Source: Patescibacteria group bacterium (GTDB taxonomy: Bacteria > Patescibacteriota > Minisyncoccia > Phycocordibacterales > UBA9973). From it: a stretch of DNA of 64,000 nt. The notes beneath the pieces are model-generated. The model was not told where the DNA came from and ran no database searches. It was given only the letters and a program-made list of their open reading frames with translations. The position numbers and the translations under genes were made by a program. Positions 39,483 to 48,990 of the stretch are shown one piece after another (position 1 is the first letter of the stretch; each line of letters opens with the position of its first letter). The stretch is from the NCBI GenBank assembly GCA_040390725.1, contig JAZJXT010000004.1:30026-94025 (forward strand), written 5' to 3'.

Positions 39483-40340
39483 TTAAAAAACTAAACGCAA
39501 GGCATATCGTAAAATAAAGAAAATAATGATGCTTGAAATACCATAAAATAAAGGCTTATTGCCGAAAATAATAGAGCCTAGATTTAAGAAAAAAAGCTCT
39601 GCGTACTTGAGCGGTTTCAATAATTTATTGTTACCTATTTTTATGTCCGAGGGCATTTTTGTACTTTCCTGTTTATCCAGAGATGCAATTTCTGCTTTTA
39701 CTTCTTGTTGTTTATTCTCTGAAGCAACATCAACATTTTGCCTGACTCCTTCCATAAAACCAACAGCGGAATTTACAGAATTTTTTATTACGTCTGGTGT
39801 CTTGCTAGTTATTGAATTTTCAATATTCTGAAAAGTCTTAGATACAACATTATCAACAATGCCATTTGAACCAGCTAAGTCTGCTCCAGCACCCAAAGTA
39901 TTACTTTGTGGAATTATTTTTTTCGCCACTGTGCTTTCGCTTTTTTCCGTTTCATTTTCTGAAAGATAGACATCTTCGTACTTCCCTGTGGAAATTAAAA
40001 ATTTGGCATTTTCAATTTTAGCAAATATTTGATGGCTCCCCACTGTCACCGTCCAATCAATAGAAATATCTTTTACTCCTTTAGACTGTACAATAAAATT
40101 TTTCTTGCCTAAAAAAATAGTATTATCAAAAAAACTTACCGTACCGGAAAGCTCTCTTGTGTCCGGATTGAAAACCAAGGTATAAATTTTTATCTTATCC
40201 CCTTCTTCAAAGGGATCTTTGGAGTACCAAATATTTGAAGGAATAAATCCTGCATTAGTAGATGCATTTATTTTATAAACTGGAAAAAAGGAAAATATTA
40301 AAAACAATATAATCCAAAATTTTTTTACTGATTGTCGCAT
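39483..40340 (-). CDS. Exported protein with CARDB/Ig-like domain and C-terminal TM anchor
   Basis: Signal peptide; IWYS.DP...GD.I.I, W....GSH.I.A, ENE. Confidence 0.7.
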   Translation of the reverse strand: MRQSVKKFWIILFLIFSFFPVYKINASTNAGFIPSNIWYSKDPFEEGDKIKIYTLVFNPDTRELSGTVSFFDNTIFLGKKNFIVQSKGVKDISIDWTVTVGSHQIFAKIENAKFLISTGKYEDVYLSENETEKSESTVAKKIIPQSNTLGAGADLAGSNGIVDNVVSKTFQNIENSITSKTPDVIKNSVNSAVGFMEGVRQNVDVASENKQQEVKAEIASLDKQESTKMPSDIKIGNNKLLKPLKYAELFFLNLGSIIFGNKPLFYGISSIIIFFILRYALRLVF

Positions 40341-40352
40341 TTATTTATTTTA

Positions 40353-41720
40353 TCACAAAATGGCAATTTTATCCGCAAGACCGATATAATTTTCCGGTGT
40401 GAACTTTTCAAGTTCTAATTTTACTTTTGAAGATACATTTAATTTTTCTATGAAGTTTTCAAAATCTTTCATTGTAATAACTTTTCCACGAGTAAGTTCT
40501 TTTAATGCTTCGTACGGCACAGGGTAATTTTCTCTCCGCAGTACTGTCTGTATTGCTTCTGCGATTACTTCCGAATGCGCATTTAGGTCAGCTTTTATTC
40601 TTTCTTCATTTACTGCTATTTTACTCAAACCTTTTTCCAAAGATAAATATGCCAAATACGAATGCCCAAATGCTGTGCCGAAACTTCGCAAGACTGTGGA
40701 ATCAGAAAGGTCTCTTTGCAATCTAGAGATAGGTAATTTACGAGAGAAAAATTCAAATAAAGCATTTGCGATACCTATGTTCCCCTCGCTATTTTCAAAA
40801 TCAATCGGATTTATTTTATGAGGCATCGTGCTCGAGCCCACTTCGCCGGCTTTTGGTTTTTGAGTTATATAATGATCACTGATATATCTCCACATATCTT
40901 GATTGAAATCCAAAAGAATATTATTTATTCTTTTCATATTGTCAGAAAGTTCAGCGTAAGTATCGTGTGGTTCTATTTGAGTAGTTATTAAATTCACTTC
41001 GAGTGTCGTGCCGGAAACTTTGCTCAAATGCGCAATATATTTTTTGGAAAAACTCAACCAATCAATTTTGGGATATGCGGAAACAAATGCATTATAGTTC
41101 CCCGTTGCACCATTTAATTTCGCTAAAACTTTAAAATTTTTCAGCATTTCTAATTGTCTGTTTAAACGACTTTCAAAAACCGCAAATTCTTTACCTAAAG
41201 TAGTAGGACTGGCACTTTGCCCGTGAGTACGAGAAAGCATTGAGAGTTTTGCATAAGTTTTTGCATAATTTTTTAAAGTTTTTTCTATATTTGAAATTTC
41301 CGGAATTATTACATCTTTCAATGCGCCGGATAACATCAAAGCATAACTGCAATTATTTGTATCCTCAGAAGTTAAACCAAAATGCACCCATTCCAAAACA
41401 TTTTTTAGACTATCATTTTTTAAATTTTCTTTTATAAAATACTCTACGGCTTTTACATCGTGATTTGTCGTAGCTTCAAATTTTTTAATTTGTTCGTAAT
41501 CTTTTTGGTCAAAATTCTCATATAAAGCGCGCAATTGTTTTGTTTCAGTAGAATTAAATGCTCTCAAATTAGTATTTTTAGATGCTGACAAGAATATCAA
41601 AAACTCGCATTCCATCATCACTCGATATTTCATTAACGCTTCCTCACTAAAATAAGGCGCAAGCGCCCGAGTTTTTTCAAAATATCTTCCGTCCAATGGA
41701 TTTATAGCGTCATTTATCAT
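40353..41720 (-). CDS. purB: Adenylosuccinate lyase
   Basis: PLDGRY, TNHDVKAVEY, SRTHGQ, GSSTMPHKINPIDFENSEGN. Confidence 0.97.
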   Translation of the reverse strand: MINDAINPLDGRYFEKTRALAPYFSEEALMKYRVMMECEFLIFLSASKNTNLRAFNSTETKQLRALYENFDQKDYEQIKKFEATTNHDVKAVEYFIKENLKNDSLKNVLEWVHFGLTSEDTNNCSYALMLSGALKDVIIPEISNIEKTLKNYAKTYAKLSMLSRTHGQSASPTTLGKEFAVFESRLNRQLEMLKNFKVLAKLNGATGNYNAFVSAYPKIDWLSFSKKYIAHLSKVSGTTLEVNLITTQIEPHDTYAELSDNMKRINNILLDFNQDMWRYISDHYITQKPKAGEVGSSTMPHKINPIDFENSEGNIGIANALFEFFSRKLPISRLQRDLSDSTVLRSFGTAFGHSYLAYLSLEKGLSKIAVNEERIKADLNAHSEVIAEAIQTVLRRENYPVPYEALKELTRGKVITMKDFENFIEKLNVSSKVKLELEKFTPENYIGLADKIAIL

Positions 41721-41759
41721 AGATATATTATACACCTTTTTAGTATTTACTCCAAATTC

Positions 41760-41953
41760 TACGTTAGGTCTTGCCTAACGCAAGCTTTAATTCCCTATGA
41801 ACCCCCGAATAATTTACTCCGGAACTCAATAAGATGGGGGAAGAGTTTTTGAAAAATCTCAACTCTTGCCCCCGATTTCTTTTTTCTAGTTCTGCTCCTA
41901 GAAGGCTCGCCATTATTCTAAATTAGGTCCTTCCTAATTTGAACATACGGTGA
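41760..41953. repeat. Cluster of stem-loops in the purB / ORFan intergenic region
   Basis: CGTTAGG-TCTTG-CCTAACG; GGGGGAAGAGTT..AACTCTTGCCCCC; TTCTAG..CTAGAA; AAATTAGG-TCCTT-CCTAATTT. Confidence 0.6.
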
Positions 41954-42031
41954 CAAAATACATTTTTTTTTACTTTAGCTTGCAAAGCAAACTAGCGAAG
42001 AAAAATGAAAAACTCCTGAATGTAAAATTCT

Positions 42032-42349
42032 TTAGGAAACTACAGGTTCATCCATAAGAATCTCCATTAGCTCATTCAGTGGTCGGTAAAGGTAATTTTT
42101 TCTTACCGTGACTCCTTGAGTTATAAACTCAACCACTCCCCCATACGACATTCCTCGTTTTTCATCTCTGCCGTAGTTTATTGCCTGAACCTCAAGCAAC
42201 AATGGTTCTGTTCGTGGACCACCAACATCTAAACAAAAATACCTGTGGCCAGAAATGCCACTGATGCTTTTTACTAAATCTAGCATCGAGATTTTTGTCC
42301 TACTAATAAGCCTACCCTTAGGTAGCTCTAAATGATTTGCATTTGCCAT
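42032..42349 (-). CDS. Hypothetical protein (ORFan-like)
   Basis: 105 aa; GAGGG SD-like sequence; promoter TTGACA-18-TATACT at 42505-42476. Confidence 0.6.
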   Translation of the reverse strand: MANANHLELPKGRLISRTKISMLDLVKSISGISGHRYFCLDVGGPRTEPLLLEVQAINYGRDEKRGMSYGGVVEFITQGVTVRKNYLYRPLNELMEILMDEPVVS

Positions 42350-42518
42350 ATTAATCCCTCATTAAAATTAGTTTCGTGAGGGGTATTTACGCACAAAATT
42401 TATGCACAAATACCCCCACAAAAATAGAAAATTGATGAGAAAAAACACTTTATTTACAAAGAAAAGTCCGAGGTAAGTATAGCACAGTCTTATGCCATTT
42501 GTCAATAGCGATTTTTAT

Positions 42519-43337
42519 TTAATCAAGTTCTGCAATTATCTTGTTTTTATTAAGTATTTTAGAAAACTGAACCCAGAGAAATAAAAAAATACCTACGACA
42601 AAATAAGAAATTAATGTTCCCCACCAAATGCCATATAAGGGGAAAACTACCCCGGCGGTAAATCCATAAAGAATCAAACCAATAGCCCCCGGAAAGAAAA
42701 ATGATTTACATATTGACGGTATTACTTTTTTACCGTGGGCAAAATAATATATAAAAAGAGCAGTTGAGTTCGATGCGGGGAAATTTGCAAAAATTCCGCC
42801 CCAAGCATTGCCGAACAATTTAGCGAGAATTACTGTCGTAGCTATGACGCTTCCCGCTAGAAATGAACGAAGTAATATATGTTTTATATTAAAATCTACG
42901 GGGGTAATTTCTGTCTCTTGGGGCAATTTACGAATTAAAAAATAACATACAACAAAAAATGGTATACCGATAATTAATGCTTGCAAAAAAGTGCTCGGGG
43001 TAAAAGTAAGAATTAGAAATGTGCAAAAACCCCAAATGACAAAAGACAATATAGCTCCCAAAATAAAATTTCTCTTCTGAGAGAAGAAAGCGAAAACTAA
43101 AACAAAAATATAAAAAGATATTAGCAGTCCAGCTGTTGCTGTGACGACTGCTTGCGATACATCCATAGGACTTTTAGTCAGACCTATAAAGAAAAGACTG
43201 ACTGCGAGAGTAGTCGGAATTGTAAGTACTATTCCGCGATATTTTAATGAGACTCTTTCGGCAATTAATGTTATTAACCCAATAAGAAAACCTCCGACAA
43301 TAAATGAAACTATAACCTGTAAGACAAATAGATTCAT
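42519..43337 (-). CDS. Multi-TM membrane protein (DUF3147-like, internally duplicated)
   Basis: Two halves with similar motifs (RGIVLTIPT / GGIFANFPA). Confidence 0.7.
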   Translation of the reverse strand: MNLFVLQVIVSFIVGGFLIGLITLIAERVSLKYRGIVLTIPTTLAVSLFFIGLTKSPMDVSQAVVTATAGLLISFYIFVLVFAFFSQKRNFILGAILSFVIWGFCTFLILTFTPSTFLQALIIGIPFFVVCYFLIRKLPQETEITPVDFNIKHILLRSFLAGSVIATTVILAKLFGNAWGGIFANFPASNSTALFIYYFAHGKKVIPSICKSFFFPGAIGLILYGFTAGVVFPLYGIWWGTLISYFVVGIFLFLWVQFSKILNKNKIIAELD

Positions 43338-44152
43338 TTTTGTAATTTTTTTAACTTTACTGATTTTTTAACTCTTTTCTTTGATTCTTTGATATGTGAA
43401 ACTTTTGGCAAATTTTCCGGCATTGTGCCACCGAGATTTTTTATGGTGTTTCGAACTTTTTCACCGACTTGTTTATGCGCCATATTTGCATTATCCTGAC
43501 CTTGGGTATTTTCTCGTTTTAATTTTGCTTCTGTTTGCGTAGCTCTAAATAAATTCGCGGCAAGTTCCTCGCTGTTCATATGATCTAAAATTAAATCTTT
43601 TTCTTTTAGTCCTTTTTTATTTTTAATATCTTTTTGACGCATTCCGCCGTAAAGCCCCATATATCCGAAGTCTTGAAAATTGGCGTAGTTGGTCACGCCG
43701 GATTTTTTGGCGACGCTTGCCAGATTTTTATTATGCTCTTTCATTTCACCGCGCAAGAAAATTCTTTTTTGATCTTCAACTAAATTATCTTGCGTTTCTT
43801 GGCGATGAGTTTGAATTGCGAAATATGTTTGAGCTTTTGCAATTTCGACTTTTCTCGGGTCGCCATTTTGTGCTATGAGATAGCAAGCGTAGCGGGAAAG
43901 GTGATAGTCTTCTATAATTTGACCATTTATTTCTCCATATTGGTTGCGGGATTTTTGGGGTTCGCTCACGCCGGCGAAATGCTCATTTATATTTGCACCG
44001 CTATTTTTACACGCTTCTTTTGCTCTTTCTATTGCTCGCAAAAATTTACCATATTCCGTATATCCCAGAATTTTATATAAATCACGAGCGCTCCAATATT
44101 CATATCCATGCTCGTTTATTTTTTTAATTTTTTCAAAAAGATTTTCTTTCAC
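43334..44152 (-). CDS. dinD: DNA damage-inducible protein D (BRO-N domain)
   Basis: EYWSARDL, LSRYACYLIAQNGDPRK, GYMGLYGG, ELAANLFRATQT. Confidence 0.92.
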   Translation of the reverse strand: MKENLFEKIKKINEHGYEYWSARDLYKILGYTEYGKFLRAIERAKEACKNSGANINEHFAGVSEPQKSRNQYGEINGQIIEDYHLSRYACYLIAQNGDPRKVEIAKAQTYFAIQTHRQETQDNLVEDQKRIFLRGEMKEHNKNLASVAKKSGVTNYANFQDFGYMGLYGGMRQKDIKNKKGLKEKDLILDHMNSEELAANLFRATQTEAKLKRENTQGQDNANMAHKQVGEKVRNTIKNLGGTMPENLPKVSHIKESKKRVKKSVKLKKLQK

Positions 44153-44183
44153 TAATTCATTATAGCATAATTATTATCATTCA

Positions 44184-45137
44184 TTATTCCAAATTCTTTT
44201 TTATTCTTTCCAGGACAGGAGTATTGAAATCGTGTTCGAAAGTTTTGCCTGTGATTGTCTCATAAATTTCAATATATCGGCGGGAAAGTTCGGCTATTAG
44301 GTCGGCTGGAGCTTCTGGTAAAACAGCATCTTTGTATGGGTCAGAATGTTCTTTGAACCATAGGCGAATAAATTCTTTGTCAAAATATTCCGGCTCTTGT
44401 CCTGCATTAAATCTTTCATCATAACTCCCCGCTTTCCAATATCTGGAAGAATCCGGAGTATGTATTTCATCAATCAATATCAAATTGCCGAATTCATCAA
44501 TGCCGAATTCGTATTTTGTATCGACTAAAATAAGTCCGCGCTGTAAAGCTATTTCCTGTCCGCGCGCAAATAATGCCAAAGAATATTTTTCAACTTGATC
44601 AAAAAGTTCTTTCGTGATAAATCCTTCGGCAATCATTTCGTCTTTGGTTAAAGTCCTGTCGTGTAAATCTTCTTTTGTCGTCGGGTCGAAAATAGCTTGC
44701 GGAAGTTTTTGATTTTTCTTCATACTATCAGGCAAGACTACGCTGCCAAAAGTTCTGATGCCTTTCGAATAACGAGTCCAAATGGAAGTATCCGTCACAC
44801 CGGTTAAGTATCCACGCACGACGCCTTCTATTTTTAATGGCGCACATTTCTTGCCGACGGTTACATTGGGGTCAGGCACAGCGACGACGTGGTTTGGAAT
44901 AATGTCTCTTGTTTGCTCAAACCAAAAATTACTGATTTGATTTAACACTTCGCCCTTGAAAGGAATATTTGCTAATACTCTGTCAAAACCGGTCAATCTA
45001 TCGGTAGTTATCAAAATAATCTGATGCGGTTCTGTGTAAATATCACGCACTTTGCCGGCTTTTTTTTGACCCAAATGTTTAAAATCTGTTTCTGTTAATA
45101 CGTCATTCAAATGCTTTTTAATAAGCTCTATATCCAT
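44184..45137 (-). CDS. purC: SAICAR synthetase
   Basis: GKVRDIY, TDR, PTTK, LVDTKYEFG, DEIHTPDSSRYW. Confidence 0.96.
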   Translation of the reverse strand: MDIELIKKHLNDVLTETDFKHLGQKKAGKVRDIYTEPHQIILITTDRLTGFDRVLANIPFKGEVLNQISNFWFEQTRDIIPNHVVAVPDPNVTVGKKCAPLKIEGVVRGYLTGVTDTSIWTRYSKGIRTFGSVVLPDSMKKNQKLPQAIFDPTTKEDLHDRTLTKDEMIAEGFITKELFDQVEKYSLALFARGQEIALQRGLILVDTKYEFGIDEFGNLILIDEIHTPDSSRYWKAGSYDERFNAGQEPEYFDKEFIRLWFKEHSDPYKDAVLPEAPADLIAELSRRYIEIYETITGKTFEHDFNTPVLERIKKNLE

Positions 45138-45140
45138 AAT

Positions 45141-46217
45141 TTATTTCAAGATTACTTTTCTATTTCCCTTTTTAATTTTTCCTATCCAGAAAATTTTATC
45201 TGATCCTAGAATTTCTTCAATTTTATTTTTTTCTTTTGGCGAGACAATTATCGTGAGACCGATACCCATATTAAAAACTCTATACATTTCTTGCTCAGAA
45301 ACTTTACCTGCTTGTTGCATATAAGAAAAAATAGGAAGCATAGGCCAGGAACCTTTCATTATTTCCGCATTCACATTTTTCGGCAACACGCGCGGAATAT
45401 TTTCCAAAAGTCCACCACCGGTGATGTGCGCTATGCCTTTTATTTCTACACCTTTATCTAAAAGAGAAAATACGGGCTTGCAATAATTCACATGAACATT
45501 TAATAAAACATCCCCGATAGTTTTACCAGTTAATTTACCTTTGCTTTTTACTGTATGATTTGCCATTTCAAAAAGAATTTTTCTAGCTAAAGAATAACCA
45601 TTAGTATGTAAACCACTAGAAGGAAAACCTAAGACAATATCACCGACTTTTATTTTTTCACCGGTAATTATTTGATCTTTTTCTACAACTCCCGTAATAA
45701 CTCCGGCTATATCGTGCTCGCCTTTTGTGTAAACACCCGGTAATTCTGCCGTCTCGCCACCTATTAATGCTACGCCGGCTTCCTTGCAAGCTTTAGCCAT
45801 GCCTTTTACCATAGCTTCCATAACTTTCGGGTCCAGTTTTTCGTGAGCTACATAATCTAAAAAAGTTATAGGTTTTGCGCCCATAGCTAAAACATCATTG
45901 CAAGAGTGGTTCACCATATCCTCACCAACAGTATCATATTTATTCATCAACTTGGCGATAGAAAGCTTTGTGCCTACGCTATCGATACTTTGAACCAAAA
46001 CAGGATTTTTGTAATTTTTTACAATTTCTCCCAAATCATAAAGTCCACCGAAACTGCCGATACCTGTCAGTACAGCTTTTGTATGAGTAGAAGCCACAGA
46101 TTTTTTAATTCTCTTTACGACTTCATTGCCGGCATTTATATTTACTCCTGATTTTGAGTACAAATCTTTCTTGCTTTTAGTATTAGTTTTTTTAGCTTTA
46201 CTTTTTTCTTTCTTCAT
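45141..46217 (-). CDS. purM: AIR synthetase
   Basis: Y.KSGVNI, D.VGTK, GGETAELPG, SSGLHTNGYSL, HITGGG, FNMGIG. Confidence 0.97.
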   Translation of the reverse strand: MKKEKSKAKKTNTKSKKDLYSKSGVNINAGNEVVKRIKKSVASTHTKAVLTGIGSFGGLYDLGEIVKNYKNPVLVQSIDSVGTKLSIAKLMNKYDTVGEDMVNHSCNDVLAMGAKPITFLDYVAHEKLDPKVMEAMVKGMAKACKEAGVALIGGETAELPGVYTKGEHDIAGVITGVVEKDQIITGEKIKVGDIVLGFPSSGLHTNGYSLARKILFEMANHTVKSKGKLTGKTIGDVLLNVHVNYCKPVFSLLDKGVEIKGIAHITGGGLLENIPRVLPKNVNAEIMKGSWPMLPIFSYMQQAGKVSEQEMYRVFNMGIGLTIIVSPKEKNKIEEILGSDKIFWIGKIKKGNRKVILK

Positions 46218-46224
46218 ATTATTT

Positions 46225-46743
46225 TTATTTTTGATCTAAATATTTTTTAATACCCAAAATTGATAACTTTTTACCTTTTTCTTCAACTTCAATACTCATC
46301 TTTTTTTTGTAAGCAATTAATTTTTTTTCTAAATTTTTGTCAGAGAGTGAAAGTATTTGTACCGCTAAAATACCGGCATTCTTTGCAGCATTTACACCGA
46401 CAGTAGCTACGGGCACGCCCGGAGGCATACCGACAGTAGAAAGTAGTGAATCAAGTCCGTCTAGATTTTTAGCGCTCACTGGCACACCGATAACAGGCAA
46501 AGTGGTAAGTGCTGCAGTCACTCCGGCTAGATGCGCTGCGCCTCCTGCACCGGCAATAATAGTCTTTAAGCCTCTTTTTATGGCAGTAGTAGCGTATTTA
46601 TGTACTAAATCAGGCGCTCTATGAGCTGAGGCTACTGTTATTTCATAAGGTATACCAAATTCTTCAAAGACTTTTACAGCTTCAGCCATTACAGCCAAAT
46701 CTGAATCCGAACCCATAATAATGCCAACTGATATTTTTTTCAT
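46225..46743 (-). CDS. purE: N5-CAIR mutase / AIR carboxylase PurE
   Basis: IMGSDSD, SAHR.P, AGGAAHL, MPPGVPVATV. Confidence 0.97.
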   Translation of the reverse strand: MKKISVGIIMGSDSDLAVMAEAVKVFEEFGIPYEITVASAHRAPDLVHKYATTAIKRGLKTIIAGAGGAAHLAGVTAALTTLPVIGVPVSAKNLDGLDSLLSTVGMPPGVPVATVGVNAAKNAGILAVQILSLSDKNLEKKLIAYKKKMSIEVEEKGKKLSILGIKKYLDQK

Positions 46744-46825
46744 ATTTCTATTATATCAAAAGAAAATTAAAAAACAAAAGGGCTGTCATACGACTGCCCT
46801 TATCTATCTTTTTGAGGGGAATTAA

Positions 46826-47023
46826 TTATTTCCCCTCAAAGTCTTCTCTGGGATTACCATCAGGGTAATCACTTACATCAGGAATGTAGCTGATGCCCAA
46901 ATATCGGAGACCAACTTCTCCGATATCCTGAAGTGCGGCCTGCAGGCCGGCCAATTGATCATCTTGAGGACTAATTCTATCCCGAAGACCATCTCTATAC
47001 TTGTTTTGGTGTTGCTTTCCCAT
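46826..47023 (-). CDS. Small hypothetical protein
   Basis: 65-aa ORF inside the pur cluster, followed by hairpins at 46778-46840. Confidence 0.45.
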   Translation of the reverse strand: MGKQHQNKYRDGLRDRISPQDDQLAGLQAALQDIGEVGLRYLGISYIPDVSDYPDGNPREDFEGK

Positions 47024-47088
47024 ACTATATATAAAAAAAATGTGAACAATTTATAGAACTTTTACGTGAGCAATATATCACAATTAAA

Positions 47089-48990
47089 TTATTTTTGCAA
47101 TAGCAATGCTTTTTTACCTATATCTCGCCTATACTGCATACCTTCAAATGATATTTTTTTGATAGCTTCATATGCCGTGTTCAAAGCTTCTTGTAATGTA
47201 TCACCAATAGCAGATACTCCCAGCACTCGCCCACCGTTGGTGACTAAATTATTATTTTCCATTTTTGTACCGGCGTGAAAAACAACAACGTTTTTATTTT
47301 CTTCCGCTTCTTTAACTTCAAAAATAATTTTCCCTTTTTCATAATCCCCCGGATATCCGGCTGAAGCTATTGCAATATTACAGGCAAATAAATCTTTCCA
47401 TTTTATTTCCATTTGATTTAATTTTTTATCAACACAAGCATTTATTATTTCCAATAAATCACTATCAAGCAAACGCATATAGCTTTGTGTTTCAGGATCG
47501 CCAAAACGAGAATTAAATTCAATTATTTTCGGTCCGTCTTCTGTGATAATAATTCCAGGGAAAATTATTCCTTCAAATAATGCACCTTCATCACGCATGC
47601 CCTTTAATACCGGCGCGATAATTTCTTTTTCAATTCTATTTTTCATTTCTTCATTTATAAATGGCAATGGAGCAATTGTTCCCATGCCTCCTGTATTTAA
47701 CCCTGTATCATTTTCACCAATTCTTTTGTGGTCTTGCGACAATGGAAACATCGAATAAGTTTCACCGTCTGATAATGCATGCACAGAAATTTCAATTCCC
47801 GTAAGGAATTCTTCTATGACTATTTCCCTGCCTGATTCACCAAAAACTTTTTTAATAAAAATATCTTGCAAGGCTTTTTCAGCTTCTTCTTTATTTAAAC
47901 AAATCAAAACACCCTTACCAAAAGCTAGTCCATCCACTTTTATGACTACTGGAAATTTTTGCGTATTTAAATACTCCAGTGCCTTATCGTAGTCATCAAA
48001 ACTTTCCCATCGTGCTGTAGGTAAATTATGCCTCTTCATAAAATCTTTTGCATAAACTTTTGACCATTCAAGTTTTGCCGCCATTTTTGTCGGCCCCCAA
48101 ATACGTAAATTCTCTTTCTTAAATTCATCCACTACACCAAGCGCCAAAGGGTCATCAGGCACAGCTAAAGTCAAATCTATTTTTTCTTTTTTTACAAAAT
48201 CAATAAGCCCAGCTATGTCTGTGGCTTTAATATCAATATTTACACCTATTTCAGCCGTACCGGCATTCCCCGGAGCAAAATAAATCTCACCCGCCAAAGG
48301 CGACTGCGCTATTTTCCATCCGATAGCGTGTTCCCTGCCGCCAGACCCTATTATTAAAATTTTCTGCTTACTGATTTCGCATAATTTTTCTAAAACTTCC
48401 ACGTAAAGCTTATTTTCTTTTCTTTTTAATCTTGAGTATAAAGAAATAACATTATCGTTTTCTTCAGCTTTCTCATATACTCTACCAAGAACTGGCCCAA
48501 AGTCGAAGTTTAAAGTCAAAAAATGTATTGAAGAGCCGGCATAAGTTGATCTTTTATCCAAAACATTTTGTATCGCCTTTTCGGTCAGCATTCCTTTATT
48601 CCAAAGTGACTCTGTGCCGTCAGGATTTTTAAATACTCCATCCTCAGCATCTGGAATAATTCCCGGATGTAAATTTATAATTTTATTCGGATACCCAGTA
48701 ATAACTTCATCTAAAATTATTTTTTTCCAACCGCATAAACAAATAAAATCAGGATTTAATTTTTGTAAAAGCGGTAAGAGATTTTCTTTCTCCGCGCAAA
48801 TTTCAATTTTTAAATTGTGCCTTTTTGCATGCTCTAACCCCAAAGCTTTTTCGGTATCGGAAACTACCGCGCAAATCTCCGCATTTATTTTACCTTGTTC
48901 TATGCCTTCTATTATGGCCTGCAAATTTGTGCCTGTACCGGTGTCAGAAATCAAAACAGCTAATTTTATTTTATTCTTTTGGGACATCAT
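47089..48990 (-). CDS. purD: Fused PurN (GAR transformylase)-PurD (GAR synthetase)
   Basis: N-terminal GTNLQAI, INLHPG, FDFGP; C-terminal IIGSGGREHA, DHKR, NTGGMG, EFNSRFGDPE, TNGGRVL. Confidence 0.93.
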   Translation of the reverse strand: MMSQKNKIKLAVLISDTGTGTNLQAIIEGIEQGKINAEICAVVSDTEKALGLEHAKRHNLKIEICAEKENLLPLLQKLNPDFICLCGWKKIILDEVITGYPNKIINLHPGIIPDAEDGVFKNPDGTESLWNKGMLTEKAIQNVLDKRSTYAGSSIHFLTLNFDFGPVLGRVYEKAEENDNVISLYSRLKRKENKLYVEVLEKLCEISKQKILIIGSGGREHAIGWKIAQSPLAGEIYFAPGNAGTAEIGVNIDIKATDIAGLIDFVKKEKIDLTLAVPDDPLALGVVDEFKKENLRIWGPTKMAAKLEWSKVYAKDFMKRHNLPTARWESFDDYDKALEYLNTQKFPVVIKVDGLAFGKGVLICLNKEEAEKALQDIFIKKVFGESGREIVIEEFLTGIEISVHALSDGETYSMFPLSQDHKRIGENDTGLNTGGMGTIAPLPFINEEMKNRIEKEIIAPVLKGMRDEGALFEGIIFPGIIITEDGPKIIEFNSRFGDPETQSYMRLLDSDLLEIINACVDKKLNQMEIKWKDLFACNIAIASAGYPGDYEKGKIIFEVKEAEENKNVVVFHAGTKMENNNLVTNGGRVLGVSAIGDTLQEALNTAYEAIKKISFEGMQYRRDIGKKALLLQK

